From: an uncultured bacterium
GTDB lineage: Bacteria > Patescibacteriota > Minisyncoccia > Phycocordibacterales > UBA6065
Assembly (NCBI GenBank): GCA_966243015.1
Contig: CBIMES010000002.1
Coordinates: 48,518 to 112,517 of the forward strand
Direction: 5' to 3'
Length of the DNA stretch: 64,000 nucleotides
In this document: positions 26,754-35,861 of the stretch, piece after piece
Position numbering within the stretch: the stretch's first letter is position 1
Layout of the letters: every line of letters starts with the position of its first letter
Notes under the pieces: model-generated
Told to the model about the DNA's origin: nothing
What the model saw: the letters and a program-made list of their open reading frames with translations, nothing else
Databases searched by the model: none
Made by a program: the position numbers and the translations under genes

Positions 26754-27134
26754 TTACTTGGTTGCAGCTACCTTCTTAGTCTTGGCCGGCGCCTTGATCG
26801 CCTTGGTTGCCTTTGGGGCAAGGACAAGGTGAACGTGGCTCGTCTTCTTCTTGATCGGGAAAGCCGTTCCTCGAGCGCCTGGCATGTGTCGCTTCATGGT
26901 AAGGCCGAGGTCTACGCGGCACTCCTTAACGACGAGGCCCTCAAGTGGGATGTTGAGGTTTTTTGCGTTTGCGACAGCTGAGGCAAGGAGCTTCGCGAGA
27001 GGGTCGGAAGCGCGCTTAGTGGTCACGCCAAGCATGTCCATGGCGGCGGTGACTGACTTGCCCTTGATGAGGTTCGCGACGAGGCGGACCTTTCGTGGGG
27101 ACTGTCGATAGTTTGTGAGGGATGCGGTTACCAT
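26754..27134 (-). CDS. rplV: 50S ribosomal protein L22
   Basis: SPRKVRLVANLIKGKSV..AMDML. Confidence 0.9.
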   Translation of the reverse strand: MVTASLTNYRQSPRKVRLVANLIKGKSVTAAMDMLGVTTKRASDPLAKLLASAVANAKNLNIPLEGLVVKECRVDLGLTMKRHMPGARGTAFPIKKKTSHVHLVLAPKATKAIKAPAKTKKVAATK

Positions 27135-27158
27135 AACGTTTTAGTTATAAGAAGACGA

Positions 27159-27500
27159 TTATTTCTTGTCGGTGGCAGCACCCTTGGCGGCCTGGGCAGC
27201 GGCGATCTCACCCTCCTTTTTCTTCTGCTCGAGGTCCTTCTGCATCTTACCGCCGTGCTTGTTGAACTTGCGGGTCAAAGAAAATTCGCCGAGTCGGTGG
27301 CCCACCATGTCCTCTGCCACCAGTACCTCGACGAAGTCCTTACCGTTATGAACGCCAAACTTGAAGCCCACCATCTCCGGGGAGATGACGCAGGCTCGTG
27401 ACCAAGTCTTAATAACCCCAGTCTCCTGTGGTTTCTTGCCGGCGATCTTGCTCAGAACTCGCTCGTCAACGTATGGGCCTTTTGAAAGTGATCGTGTCAT
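27159..27500 (-). CDS. rpsS: 30S ribosomal protein S19 (with a Lys/Ala-rich C-terminal tail)
   Basis: [13 protein letters not shown]...[18 protein letters not shown]. Confidence 0.9.
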   Translation of the reverse strand: MTRSLSKGPYVDERVLSKIAGKKPQETGVIKTWSRACVISPEMVGFKFGVHNGKDFVEVLVAEDMVGHRLGEFSLTRKFNKHGGKMQKDLEQKKKEGEIAAAQAAKGAATDKK

Positions 27501-27654
27501 GTATAGACGATAAATTACAGCTCGGGCGTTTGGACTATAGTCGCTAACACGACTTATTAAATGAAAAAACTAGGCTTAAACCTAGATTCCTTTACTTAGT
27601 GTCCATTCCGAAGCTAGTAAGGGCTATCCTAGCAGAAAACAAAACTAAGTCAAT

Positions 27655-27764
27655 GGGCTCGCTCTCGCCTCCCCGGAAAAGCACGCATAAAGCCCTGCTG
27701 GGCTTTTGCTCTGCTCGGCCCGGTCGGCCTGCGCAAGGCTTTTCCGGATAGGGAGAGACGAGCC
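27655..27764 (-). repeat. Structured inverted-repeat element, copy 2 (core at 27682-27738 is the reverse complement of the copy-1 core)
   Basis: Imperfect outer stem ggctcgctctcgcctccccgg / ccggatagggagagacgagcc around a core roughly 90% identical to the reverse complement of 7631-7686. Lies 150 nt upstream of rpsS on the minus strand. Confidence 0.65.
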
Positions 27765-27818
27765 TGATGCTTGAAAAATAGCGCTTTGTGAGGTATTTTC
27801 AAGGAGCAATCGATCTTT

Positions 27819-28010
27819 ATGAGTCCATCGACCCTCGAACAGGAGCTTGCGGCCCTTGGCCCGAGACCCCTGACCCAATGGGAAGACAAAATCGTGTTAC
27901 CTGACGGATCAACCAGAACATGCATATGCCACATGATTAGCGGCGTCAAAGCCCTGGCACACTGGCATTTCGCCCGACAGGAGATCCTTCAAAGACACGG
28001 CCAAGCCTGA
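27819..28010 (+). CDS. Small hypothetical protein (63 aa, contains a CICH motif)
   Basis: AAGGAG Shine-Dalgarno 12 nt upstream of the ATG; a terminator follows. No homology is assignable. Confidence 0.4.
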   Translation: MSPSTLEQELAALGPRPLTQWEDKIVLPDGSTRTCICHMISGVKALAHWHFARQEILQRHGQA

Positions 28011-28018
28011 CCCTGGCA

Positions 28019-28042
28019 GCCGCCCCTCAAGGGCGGCTTTTC
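28019..28042 (+). terminator. Terminator hairpin gccgccc-ctcaa-gggcggc followed by ttttc
   Basis: 7-bp GC stem with a T-tract after the 27819..28010 ORF. Confidence 0.55.
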
Positions 28043-28054
28043 ATGCGCGGCCAA

Positions 28055-28080
28055 GAAAAAGCCCCGTTTCTGGGGCTTTG
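28055..28080 (-). terminator. Terminator hairpin (aaagcccc / ggggcttt) for the 28094..28618 gene
   Basis: The minus strand reads aaagccccagaaacggggcttttt. Confidence 0.6.
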
Positions 28081-28093
28081 ATGGCCAAAGGGC

Positions 28094-28618
28094 CTAATTA
28101 TTAAAGACAATCTCCTGTCGGAAGGACATCAGGGGCGCCAAAGCGATCTTGCCTGAAGGCAGAACGACCTCGATTCCCTCGGAGGGCATAATGAAAATGA
28201 ACCCTCCCCTTTCATTCGAGTCCCGGTCGGCATCCGCGAGCAGCGTGAGAATCACAGCCTCGTCTTTCGATATCGAGAGGCCAAGTTCCTTGAATACGAG
28301 GAAGCTGTCCCCGTCTTTCTCGACGATGCCGTCAGGGATTGAGATTCGGGCCAGAGCCTTGCCGTCCTTATCCGCCAAGGAAAACCTCGACATGTTCTTG
28401 AGAACCTCGGGCTTTTTGTCTAGCCGGAACATGATCGAACTTACCGTCACACCCGATTCGAACGCACGAAGCGACAGACAGAACACGGGATTGGACCTTG
28501 TCCCCACGGAAATGCTGGTCCTCGACAATTCACCCTTGCGAACGGACAGATGTTCTTCAGGAAGCGCGTAACAAAAGGCTCCGAAAAAGAGCCCGATAAG
28601 GCAGAGTAGTTGTTTCAT
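28094..28618 (-). CDS. Secreted hypothetical protein (174 aa) with weak similarity to the 33175..33813 lipoprotein
   Basis: Signal peptide MKQLLCLIGLFFGAFCYA. LRAFESGV...LADKDG...IPDG segments loosely align with LRAFHSVSLVDADG... of the 33175..33813 protein. Confidence 0.55.
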   Translation of the reverse strand: MKQLLCLIGLFFGAFCYALPEEHLSVRKGELSRTSISVGTRSNPVFCLSLRAFESGVTVSSIMFRLDKKPEVLKNMSRFSLADKDGKALARISIPDGIVEKDGDSFLVFKELGLSISKDEAVILTLLADADRDSNERGGFIFIMPSEGIEVVLPSGKIALAPLMSFRQEIVFNN

Positions 28619-28715
28619 GGTGAAAGAGCGGATGTTTGCATGGTTTATAACACAAAACCGTTGCTACGGCAATTTTAGTAGCGACGGTTCCTTTATTTTA
28701 AGGCGTTTAATTGTC

Positions 28716-29132
28716 CTACCCCCTCTTTCTCCTGTAGCTCGCCTTTGACTCGCGGGTGATAGCGAGAATCGAGATGACGGCAATATACGAGGCGCTTACC
28801 TCTGGCGGCATCTTGTATTCGATATCGGTGAGGGCCTGTGCCGTGATCATGCCCATAATGAGAACCGTCCAGAGGATCGCATAGAGCTCGCCCGGGTGAA
28901 AGCCCTCGTGAACCCTGTGCCATCGACGAAACTCCTTTTCGGCACTGTAAATCGCCAAAGAGGCGCAATAGATACCCGCGATTGTCAGGATTACGTGATT
29001 CTCGTCGAGAATGTTGTGATTGAGAAAATCATAGATAATTGCAGCAAAGAAAGCGACCGTCCAGAAGTTGACCAAACCGCGCCAGAAGCCGAACTTGCCG
29101 ACCCTTTCTGACAGATTGAGGATGAATGCCAT
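28716..29132 (-). CDS. Small integral membrane protein (138 aa, 4 TM)
   Basis: Four hydrophobic helices and a basic C-terminus; no family assigned. Confidence 0.5.
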   Translation of the reverse strand: MAFILNLSERVGKFGFWRGLVNFWTVAFFAAIIYDFLNHNILDENHVILTIAGIYCASLAIYSAEKEFRRWHRVHEGFHPGELYAILWTVLIMGMITAQALTDIEYKMPPEVSASYIAVISILAITRESKASYRRKRG

Positions 29133-29162
29133 GCCTTCATGATATCACGGGCAACGAAAAAC

Positions 29163-29190
29163 CCGCCTTTCGGCGGGTTTCTCTCTTGGT
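29163..29190 (-). terminator. Rho-independent terminator directly after rplB (aaacccgcc-gaaa-ggcgggttt followed by ttttcg on the minus strand)
   Basis: 9-bp GC stem with a T-run, sitting between rplB and the inserted genes. Confidence 0.65.
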
Positions 29191-29207
29191 TGAATGAGTC
29201 GAGAAGA

Positions 29208-30059
29208 CTAGTTCTGCCCCTTTGCCTTTCCGACCTTTCGGCGGGAGACAATGAAGACGTTCGAGTACTTCTTTGGAGTTCGGGTCTTCTGGCCCTTTCC
29301 TGCTGGCTTACCCCATCGGGTCTTGAGCCTTCGGAGACCTCGTCCCTGTCGTCCTTCACCTCCACCGTATGGATGGTCTACTGGGTTCTGTGCAGTACCT
29401 CGGACGGTCGGTCGAATGCCGAGCCATCGTGATCGTCCTGCCTTACCCGAGTTGACGAGCCAGTGCTCATCGTTCGATACCTGTCCGATAGTCGCGAAGC
29501 ACTCCTCGTGCACCTTTCGTACCTCTGAAGACGGCATCTTGATCTGGGTATATCCAGCGTCGTTACCGATGATCTGGGCGAAGATTCCAGCCGCTCGGCC
29601 GATCTTTGCTCCGCCCTGAGGCTTGACCTCGATGTTGTAAACGAAGGTTCCTACAGGAATCTTCTTGAGAGGGAGCGCGTTTCCTGCCGCTACCGCTGCC
29701 GCTGCACCTGCGACGAGGGTCGTGCCGACCTTAACTCCCTTAGGGAGAAGGACGTAGCGTCGCTCGCCGTCTCGGTATGCCGCGAGTCCGATGAAGCCCG
29801 ATCGGTTTGGATCGTACTCGACAGACTTGATGGTAAATGGGATGTCTCGCTTGTCGTACGAGAAGGAGACGTCTCGGAAGAGCCTCTTGTGTCCGCCTCC
29901 CTTGTGGCGAACAGTGATGCGACCGTGGTGGTTTCGTCCTACCTTTCGGGTGCCGCCGTGAGTGAGGGCCTTAACAGGATCCTTCGAGGTGATGTACTCC
30001 TTGAAGTTAATCGTCTGCATGTGCCTTCGGCTCGGGCTCGTTGGTTTATATGTTTTCAT
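29208..30059 (-). CDS. rplB: 50S ribosomal protein L2
   Basis: 283 aa with a canonical L2 sequence (GRNHHGRITVRHKGGGHKR). Confidence 0.95.
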   Translation of the reverse strand: MKTYKPTSPSRRHMQTINFKEYITSKDPVKALTHGGTRKVGRNHHGRITVRHKGGGHKRLFRDVSFSYDKRDIPFTIKSVEYDPNRSGFIGLAAYRDGERRYVLLPKGVKVGTTLVAGAAAAVAAGNALPLKKIPVGTFVYNIEVKPQGGAKIGRAAGIFAQIIGNDAGYTQIKMPSSEVRKVHEECFATIGQVSNDEHWLVNSGKAGRSRWLGIRPTVRGTAQNPVDHPYGGGEGRQGRGLRRLKTRWGKPAGKGQKTRTPKKYSNVFIVSRRKVGKAKGQN

Positions 30060-30084
30060 GGCCTTGTTGTTAATTTATGAGGGA

Positions 30085-30546
30085 TTACGCGAACTCGATG
30101 ACATCTCCCTTCTTGAGGTAGACGTACGCCTTCTTGGCAGAAGTGGTCTTGCCGGTCCTACCGCGAGCCCACATGGTCTTTGCAGGGATCGATACGACAG
30201 ACACCTTTACCGGGGTCACCTTGTAAGTGTCCTTGATTGCCTGAGCAATCTGCTGGGCATTCGCCGATACGGCGACGTTGAAGGTGTAGACGTTGTTGTT
30301 CTCAGAGAGAATCGCGGCCTTCTCGGTAACGCGAGGACCCTTAAGCACGGCACCCTTCGATGCAACAGTGGTCTTTGCGTCGGCTTTCTTCTCGGCCTGA
30401 GCAACGGCCTTTGGAGCCTTCTCGATAGCCCTCTCCTTTGCAGGAACCTTCTTGTTGACGGCCTTCTTGAGAGGCTTGTCGGTCTTAACCTCTGCCTTTG
30501 CCTTTACCTCCTGATCCTTCTTCTCCTTTCGTGAAAATAGTGCCAT
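30085..30546 (-). CDS. rplW: 50S ribosomal protein L23 (with a Lys-rich N-terminal extension)
   Basis: C-terminal L23 domain YKVTPVKVSVVSIPAKTMW... Confidence 0.85.
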   Translation of the reverse strand: MALFSRKEKKDQEVKAKAEVKTDKPLKKAVNKKVPAKERAIEKAPKAVAQAEKKADAKTTVASKGAVLKGPRVTEKAAILSENNNVYTFNVAVSANAQQIAQAIKDTYKVTPVKVSVVSIPAKTMWARGRTGKTTSAKKAYVYLKKGDVIEFA

Positions 30547-30552
30547 AGAAGT

Positions 30553-31215
30553 TTAGTTAAGCTTAGCCTCGATAACCTTGAGAGCCTCGGCTGGGTTCTC
30601 GAAGACAACGAATTTGCTGTTAAGGAGGTCGAGGAGATTGAGGTTTCGAGCCTCGTCAACTACGACCGAGCCGATGTTCTGGAAGCTCTTCTCGGTGTTC
30701 ACGTCCTTCTTCGCGAGAGCGATGAAAGCAGCGTTCTTTCGCTTGGTAGCGAGAGTCTCGAAGCCCTTTGCCTTTGAGAGGCCAACGAGAGCCGCCTTTG
30801 CGTCCTTCGTCTTTGGAGCGTCGAATGAGAGAGAGTCGACGAAGAGAACCTCGCCGTCCTTCCACTTCTTCGAGAGAAGGGTAAGGAACGCCTTCGCCTT
30901 TACGGCCTTGTTGACCTTTCGGGCGTAGTTCTTGTCGTTTCGAGGACCGTGTGCGACACCTCCACCAACCCAGATAGGAGATCGGGTCGATCCGTGTCGC
31001 GCGCGACCGGTTCCCTTCTGCCTCCATGGCTTCTTGCCTCCTCCGCTTACCTCACCTCGGGTCTTGGTGTGAGCGATAGGCTGTCGAGCGTTCGACATCA
31101 TCGATACCATTACCTGGTGAACGAGGTCGGCGTTCCACGAGAGACCGAATGCCTCTGCCGAGAGCGCGATCTTTCCTGCCGACTTACCCTCCTTGTTGTA
31201 GATTGTTGCGTCCAT
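30553..31215 (-). CDS. rplD: 50S ribosomal protein L4
   Basis: 220 aa with an L4 sequence. Confidence 0.9.
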   Translation of the reverse strand: MDATIYNKEGKSAGKIALSAEAFGLSWNADLVHQVMVSMMSNARQPIAHTKTRGEVSGGGKKPWRQKGTGRARHGSTRSPIWVGGGVAHGPRNDKNYARKVNKAVKAKAFLTLLSKKWKDGEVLFVDSLSFDAPKTKDAKAALVGLSKAKGFETLATKRKNAAFIALAKKDVNTEKSFQNIGSVVVDEARNLNLLDLLNSKFVVFENPAEALKVIEAKLN

Positions 31216-31229
31216 ATATTTGAAATTAT

Positions 31230-31838
31230 TTATGCAACGATAGATACGAGAGTTCCCCTTCGACCAGGAAGAGAACCGTGAATAACAATCTCGTTGGTCT
31301 CAGGGCGAACCTGGAGAACCTTAAGATTCTTGACGGTGACCATGTCGCCACCCATGCGGCCGGCCATGCGCATGCCCTTGGCAACGCGTCCGCCCGCTCG
31401 TGCGCCTCCGCCGATAGAACCCGCCTCTCGCTCAGAGTGCTTCTGACCGTGGGTTCGGGAACCTCCCTTGAAGTGATGGCGCTTAACCACACCCTGGAAG
31501 CCCTTACCCTTTGACTCTGATCGCACAGAGATAACATCTCCCTCCGCAAAGGTTGAGAGATCTACCTTGTCGCCCTTCTTGAACTTAGCGGCCTCTTCTG
31601 CGGATACGCAGAACTCGCTGAGGTGAAGGAAATTGCCGAGACCCTTCTGGGCCTTGTTGATGCGAGCCTCCTTCTGCTCGCCGTAGCCTACCTGGAGGGC
31701 GTTGTAGCCGTCGGTAGACTCGGTTTTGACCTGCGTGATGACAACAGGGCCTGCCGAGAGGATAGTCGCGGGAAAAGCGCGACCGTCCGCATCGAAGACC
31801 TGAGTCATATTCTTCTTAGTGCCGAGTATGAACTTCAT
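31230..31838 (-). CDS. rplC: 50S ribosomal protein L3
   Basis: Start placed at MKFILGTKKNMTQVF, matching the MKGILG.K.GMTQ.F consensus. The ORF-track N-terminal extension is not supported. Confidence 0.9.
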   Translation of the reverse strand: MKFILGTKKNMTQVFDADGRAFPATILSAGPVVITQVKTESTDGYNALQVGYGEQKEARINKAQKGLGNFLHLSEFCVSAEEAAKFKKGDKVDLSTFAEGDVISVRSESKGKGFQGVVKRHHFKGGSRTHGQKHSEREAGSIGGGARAGGRVAKGMRMAGRMGGDMVTVKNLKVLQVRPETNEIVIHGSLPGRRGTLVSIVA

Positions 31839-31984
31839 GTTATGCGCGAGCATGGGTCTGGGGGACCCAGAGGCTCTCTTAACCAACCTATTAAATTAAA
31901 AAGAAGCCCTTGCTTCTCGTGGGCATGATACTACCTTAAAAGGTCGATTTATGCAAATTGGGCCGCCTGAAGCGCGTCCACCAA

Positions 31985-32016
31985 AGAAAAGGGCCGCTAG
32001 CGCAAGCTAGCGGCCC
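31985..32016 (-). terminator. Terminator for 32031..33020 (gggccgctagc-loop-gctagcggccc followed by a T-tract on the minus strand)
   Basis: 11-bp perfect stem. The stem sequence is nearly identical to the hairpin at 33137-33159. Confidence 0.65.
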
Positions 32017-32030
32017 GAACCCTTGGTGCG

Positions 32031-33020
32031 TTATCTGACGGGAATGCCATCCTTTAAAAGGGTGAAAAGGAAGGTCTTCTTGTAGTCGTAATGCGGAGCG
32101 AATACCGCGTCCGTGCCGACGGCCTCAAGCTTGAGCAGATAGGTCACGGTAACCCGGTATTTGGGTTCTGACGCCGTCCCGATTGATTCGACTCGCGTTG
32201 TGGGTGAGCCCAGAATCGTCGTTTCGACATTAACATTCCGAACAGCTAGGTCCTTTGACTTTACCAACCCTGCAGCCCGACCGCCATTTACCGTGGTCAC
32301 CCCCTCCCCTTGCAGGCTGGCGGATATGACCGTCGATGAGCTTTTCGCGTTACGAACATCAACCTTGACGACAAAATCGCGCTTGGAACGGGCGGGGATT
32401 TCCCAGTCCACGTCCTCAAATACGATTTCGTCATTCATCACGTCTGCCATGGCAATGAAATCATTACCCTGGTAGAGATAAGCCCTGGTTACCATCGCGG
32501 AACCGCCCGAAGTCTTAACCAGAATCCGAACATCATCGACAGTCCTCTTTTTAAGGGAAGAAAGCGTGAAGTTCAGAATCGGAACCAGGTCAACCTCATC
32601 ATCCTCTGCGCCGTAAGAGGCCACGGCAAAACTGGGACCAGTCTGCTGCGAGGCGTAAAGACAGAGATCGACGGGCACAGGCTTCTTCCAGAACTTGGAC
32701 GGAAGCCGGACGGCTGAACTGATTCGATTGACCCCAGTCGCGTGACGGCTTTCCAGAAACGGATCGGGCAGCTGCCAGGTCGGAGACCAGACAGCGCCTT
32801 CAAACGAAACCCGATAAACCTCCCTGCCGGGATTGACGACCTCATACGACACCGAGACGGGGAGCGTGATTTCATTGTTCTCCTGAAGCTTGAAATAGCC
32901 CGCAGGATAACCACCTACGACCACGCCCGAAGACGGGACGCTGTAAGAGACCTTGAGCTGGGCAAAAGCGTTCGTGACGCTGATAACAATGGCAAAGAAC
33001 AGGACGGGCAGTAGTTTCAT
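32031..33020 (-). CDS. Secreted hypothetical protein (329 aa), paralogue B of the inserted family
   Basis: Signal peptide MKLLPVLFFAIVISVTNAFA. The N-terminal domain SVPSSGVVVGGYPAGYFKLQENNEITLPV...PG aligns with residues ~325-380 of the 35862..37175 protein. Confidence 0.6.
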   Translation of the reverse strand: MKLLPVLFFAIVISVTNAFAQLKVSYSVPSSGVVVGGYPAGYFKLQENNEITLPVSVSYEVVNPGREVYRVSFEGAVWSPTWQLPDPFLESRHATGVNRISSAVRLPSKFWKKPVPVDLCLYASQQTGPSFAVASYGAEDDEVDLVPILNFTLSSLKKRTVDDVRILVKTSGGSAMVTRAYLYQGNDFIAMADVMNDEIVFEDVDWEIPARSKRDFVVKVDVRNAKSSSTVISASLQGEGVTTVNGGRAAGLVKSKDLAVRNVNVETTILGSPTTRVESIGTASEPKYRVTVTYLLKLEAVGTDAVFAPHYDYKKTFLFTLLKDGIPVR

Positions 33021-33131
33021 GTAGATATTCGGCCATCAGAGCGGAAGTGCTCTGGTGCGGCTTTCCTGTCTTTAATTATAGCATAAATCTATTAAAAGTC
33101 AATAATGACATAATCACCCCACCCGCCAAAT

Positions 33132-33159
33132 AAAAAGCCGCCAGCTTGAAGCTAGCGGC
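33132..33159 (-). terminator. Terminator for the 33175..33813 gene (gccgc[t/c]agc stem, tttttattt on the minus strand)
   Basis: Stem gccgccagc / gctagcggc with one mismatch, followed by a T-tract. Confidence 0.6.
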
Positions 33160-33174
33160 CGAGGACCACAGTCC

Positions 33175-33813
33175 TTATTTCTTGACCTTTTCGGAGATGA
33201 TAGTAACCACCTGCTTGAAGGGCAGCCCAGGGCCAGACACCTCCTTACCCTGACTGTCGATACAGACGACGCCCTCGGGACACATTTCAAAGACGTAACT
33301 GGCGCCATCGGGATTCGAGATGAAGGAATAACGCGGGCTCGCCTGGATACTGAGCCATCGCTTCGCATCCTTGGGAATCATGTATTTGAGACCCTTAAAG
33401 TCGAGCAGGAGCCTGTCCCCTTCCGTCCGGAACGACGTGTCGTCGACAGGCGTCTCGGACACGAATCGACCGTCGGCATCAACCAGCGAGACGGAGTGGA
33501 ATGCCCTGAGGAATCGCCACATGTCCTGGCCAACATCTATCCTGACGCTCGTGAGCACCATGTCCAGACCATGAGCCTCCACGCTAAACGACAACACCGG
33601 CGACGACTCGCCTTTCGGCGAAATGGCGGAACGCGCGAGCGACCCCTTCTCAACCGCAACCGACGTCGGGACCCGCAACTGGACCTCATAATCCCGCTTC
33701 GACTCGGGACGGCTCGCGCATGCGGTGAAAAACACGGACGCCGGGACAAGAAGGAGCACGAGCGAAGGAATCCCATCACACTTCCAGTGGAACTTTTTTA
33801 TAACCGATTTCAT
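33175..33813 (-). CDS. Putative lipoprotein (212 aa)
   Basis: Signal peptide with a lipobox-like LVPASVFFTAC. No assignable domain. Confidence 0.55.
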   Translation of the reverse strand: MKSVIKKFHWKCDGIPSLVLLLVPASVFFTACASRPESKRDYEVQLRVPTSVAVEKGSLARSAISPKGESSPVLSFSVEAHGLDMVLTSVRIDVGQDMWRFLRAFHSVSLVDADGRFVSETPVDDTSFRTEGDRLLLDFKGLKYMIPKDAKRWLSIQASPRYSFISNPDGASYVFEMCPEGVVCIDSQGKEVSGPGLPFKQVVTIISEKVKK

Positions 33814-33986
33814 GAGGTTCTAAACACCCAGGGCATATGCCACCCTCGACGCACCCGCGCCAAGAGCTTTGGGAATGATTCTGGAATCGAATTTGCCACA
33901 AACCAGCACAAAGTCAATTCGCGCAAGAAAAAAACCGCCTTTCGGTGGTTCTTTCTGTCTTTCGAATAAGTTCAGAGACACGAGAA

Positions 33987-34022
33987 AATAAGGACCACCG
34001 CCGAAGCGGTGGTCCTTATTTT
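33987..34022 (-). terminator. Rho-independent terminator immediately after rpsJ (12-bp stem aaggaccaccgc / gcggtggtcctt, then uuauuuuc)
   Basis: Perfect 12-bp inverted repeat abutting the rpsJ stop codon at 34023. Confidence 0.65.
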
Positions 34023-34388
34023 CTAAATCATCTTCACGTCGATGTTCACGCCTGAAGGCAATGACATGTTGGTGAGGGCCTCGATGATCTTCTGGTTAGG
34101 ATTCAAGATATCGATGAGTCGCTTGTGAACTCGCATCTCAAACTGCTCTCGCGCATTTTTGTAGACGAACGACGAGCGGTTCACCGTGTACTTCTTGATC
34201 TCCGTTGGGAGTGGCACCGGACCGAGCACCTCTACGTCGTAGCGGAGAGCGGTGTCGATGATCTGCTTTACCGACGCATCGAGAATCTTGCTCTCGTACG
34301 CTCGGACGCGGATTCGGAGTCGCGGAGTTGCGTCCGCTTTTGCCACCGCCTTCTTCTTAGTTGTTTTCTTTGTTTCTGCTACTGCCAT
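34023..34388 (-). CDS. rpsJ: 30S ribosomal protein S10 (with a Lys-rich N-terminal extension)
   Basis: LRIRVRAYESKILDASVKQIIDTA... Confidence 0.9.
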   Translation of the reverse strand: MAVAETKKTTKKKAVAKADATPRLRIRVRAYESKILDASVKQIIDTALRYDVEVLGPVPLPTEIKKYTVNRSSFVYKNAREQFEMRVHKRLIDILNPNQKIIEALTNMSLPSGVNIDVKMI

Positions 34389-34428
34389 ATAAGTGCTAGT
34401 CTACGTATTTCCTGCTTTTTAGCAAGTA

Positions 34429-35625
34429 TTACGCGATGATCTTGGTTACGACGCCTGCACCGACGGTCTTTCCACCCTCTCGGATGGTGAAGCGCTGCTT
34501 GTCCTCGAGAACGATCGGAGCGTGGAGCTTTACCTTGAAGGTAACGGTGTCTCCAGGCATAACCATCTCTACGCCAGGGGCGAGGGTAACCTCACCGGTA
34601 ACGTCAGTGGTTCGAACGTAGAACTGAGGCTTGTATCCGTTGAAGAATGGGGTGTGTCGTCCGCCCTCCTCCTTCTTGAGGATGAGAACCTCAGCCTCGA
34701 ACTCGGTGTGTGGAGTTACTGAGCCTGGCTTAGCGAGAACCTGACCTCGGTGTACGGCGTCCTTTGCGGTACCTCGGAGGAGAACTCCCGCGTTGTCACC
34801 TGCCATACCAGACTGGAGCTGCTTGTTGAACATCTCGATTCCGGTGATGGTGGTCTTGGTGGTGTCCTTGATACCAACGATCTCGACTTCCTCGCCAACC
34901 TTGATGGTACCGCGCTCGATTCGGCCGGTAACCACGGTTCCTCGACCCTCGATCGAGAAGATGTCCTCGATAGGCATGAGGAATGGCTTGTCGGTCTCTC
35001 GCTCTGGAAGAGGGATGTAGGTGTCGAGAGTAGACATGAGCTCCTTGATCTTCTTTGACCACTCGTCAGTGTTGTCGGCAGCCTCAAGAGCCTTGAGAGC
35101 TGAGCCGCGGATGACAGGAGTGTTTGCTCCGTCGAAGCCGTACTTGGTGAGGAGGTCTCGAACCTCGCCCTCGACGAGATCAATGAGATCCTTGTCCTCT
35201 ACTGCGTCGCACTTGTTAAGGAAGACGACCATTCGAGGTACTCCAACCTGCTTTGCGAGGAGGATGTGCTCTCGAGTCTGAGGCATAGGGCCGTCGATAG
35301 CGGATACCACGAGGATAGAGCCGTCCATCTGAGCGGCACCCGTGATCATGTTCTTGATGTAGTCAGCGTGACCTGGGGCGTCGATGTGAGCGTAATGTCG
35401 GGTATCTGACTCGTACTCAACGTGGGCGAGAGAGATGGTAACGACCTTCGATGCGTCTCGAACAGTACCGCCCTTCGCGATATCTGCGTACGCCTTGTTC
35501 TTTGCGAGACCGTCTCGAGCCTGTACCGCGAGGATCGCGGTGGTAAGGGTCGTCTTGCCGTGGTCAACGTGGCCGATAGTACCTACGTTAACGTGAGGCT
35601 TAGTTCGTGTGAATTCACCTGCCAT
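34429..35625 (-). CDS. tuf: Elongation factor Tu
   Basis: 398 aa with [18 protein letters not shown] and NKCD motifs. Confidence 0.97.
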   Translation of the reverse strand: MAGEFTRTKPHVNVGTIGHVDHGKTTLTTAILAVQARDGLAKNKAYADIAKGGTVRDASKVVTISLAHVEYESDTRHYAHIDAPGHADYIKNMITGAAQMDGSILVVSAIDGPMPQTREHILLAKQVGVPRMVVFLNKCDAVEDKDLIDLVEGEVRDLLTKYGFDGANTPVIRGSALKALEAADNTDEWSKKIKELMSTLDTYIPLPERETDKPFLMPIEDIFSIEGRGTVVTGRIERGTIKVGEEVEIVGIKDTTKTTITGIEMFNKQLQSGMAGDNAGVLLRGTAKDAVHRGQVLAKPGSVTPHTEFEAEVLILKKEEGGRHTPFFNGYKPQFYVRTTDVTGEVTLAPGVEMVMPGDTVTFKVKLHAPIVLEDKQRFTIREGGKTVGAGVVTKIIA

Positions 35626-35810
35626 AGTATTTTTGGTAAGTAATGAAGATGTACGCGCGAGATTGGCACATCCTCATGACCTACAAATTAATGTTCTAAG
35701 CTGTTAAATAATGCTTTTCCAACTGAAACCAATTGAAAAAGCGCGCAAAATGCGTACCCCGTATCATAGCAAAGTGAGAGAGGAAGTCAAACATTACCCT
35801 TCCCGACGAC

Positions 35811-35844
35811 AAGCCAAAAGCCGCCCGAGGCGGCTTTTGGCTTG
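35811..35844 (-). terminator. Terminator for 35862..37175 (15-bp stem aagccaaaagccgcc / ggcggcttttggctt)
   Basis: Perfect long inverted repeat after the stop codon. Confidence 0.65.
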
Positions 35845-35861
35845 AATGTGGTCAACGTGAG

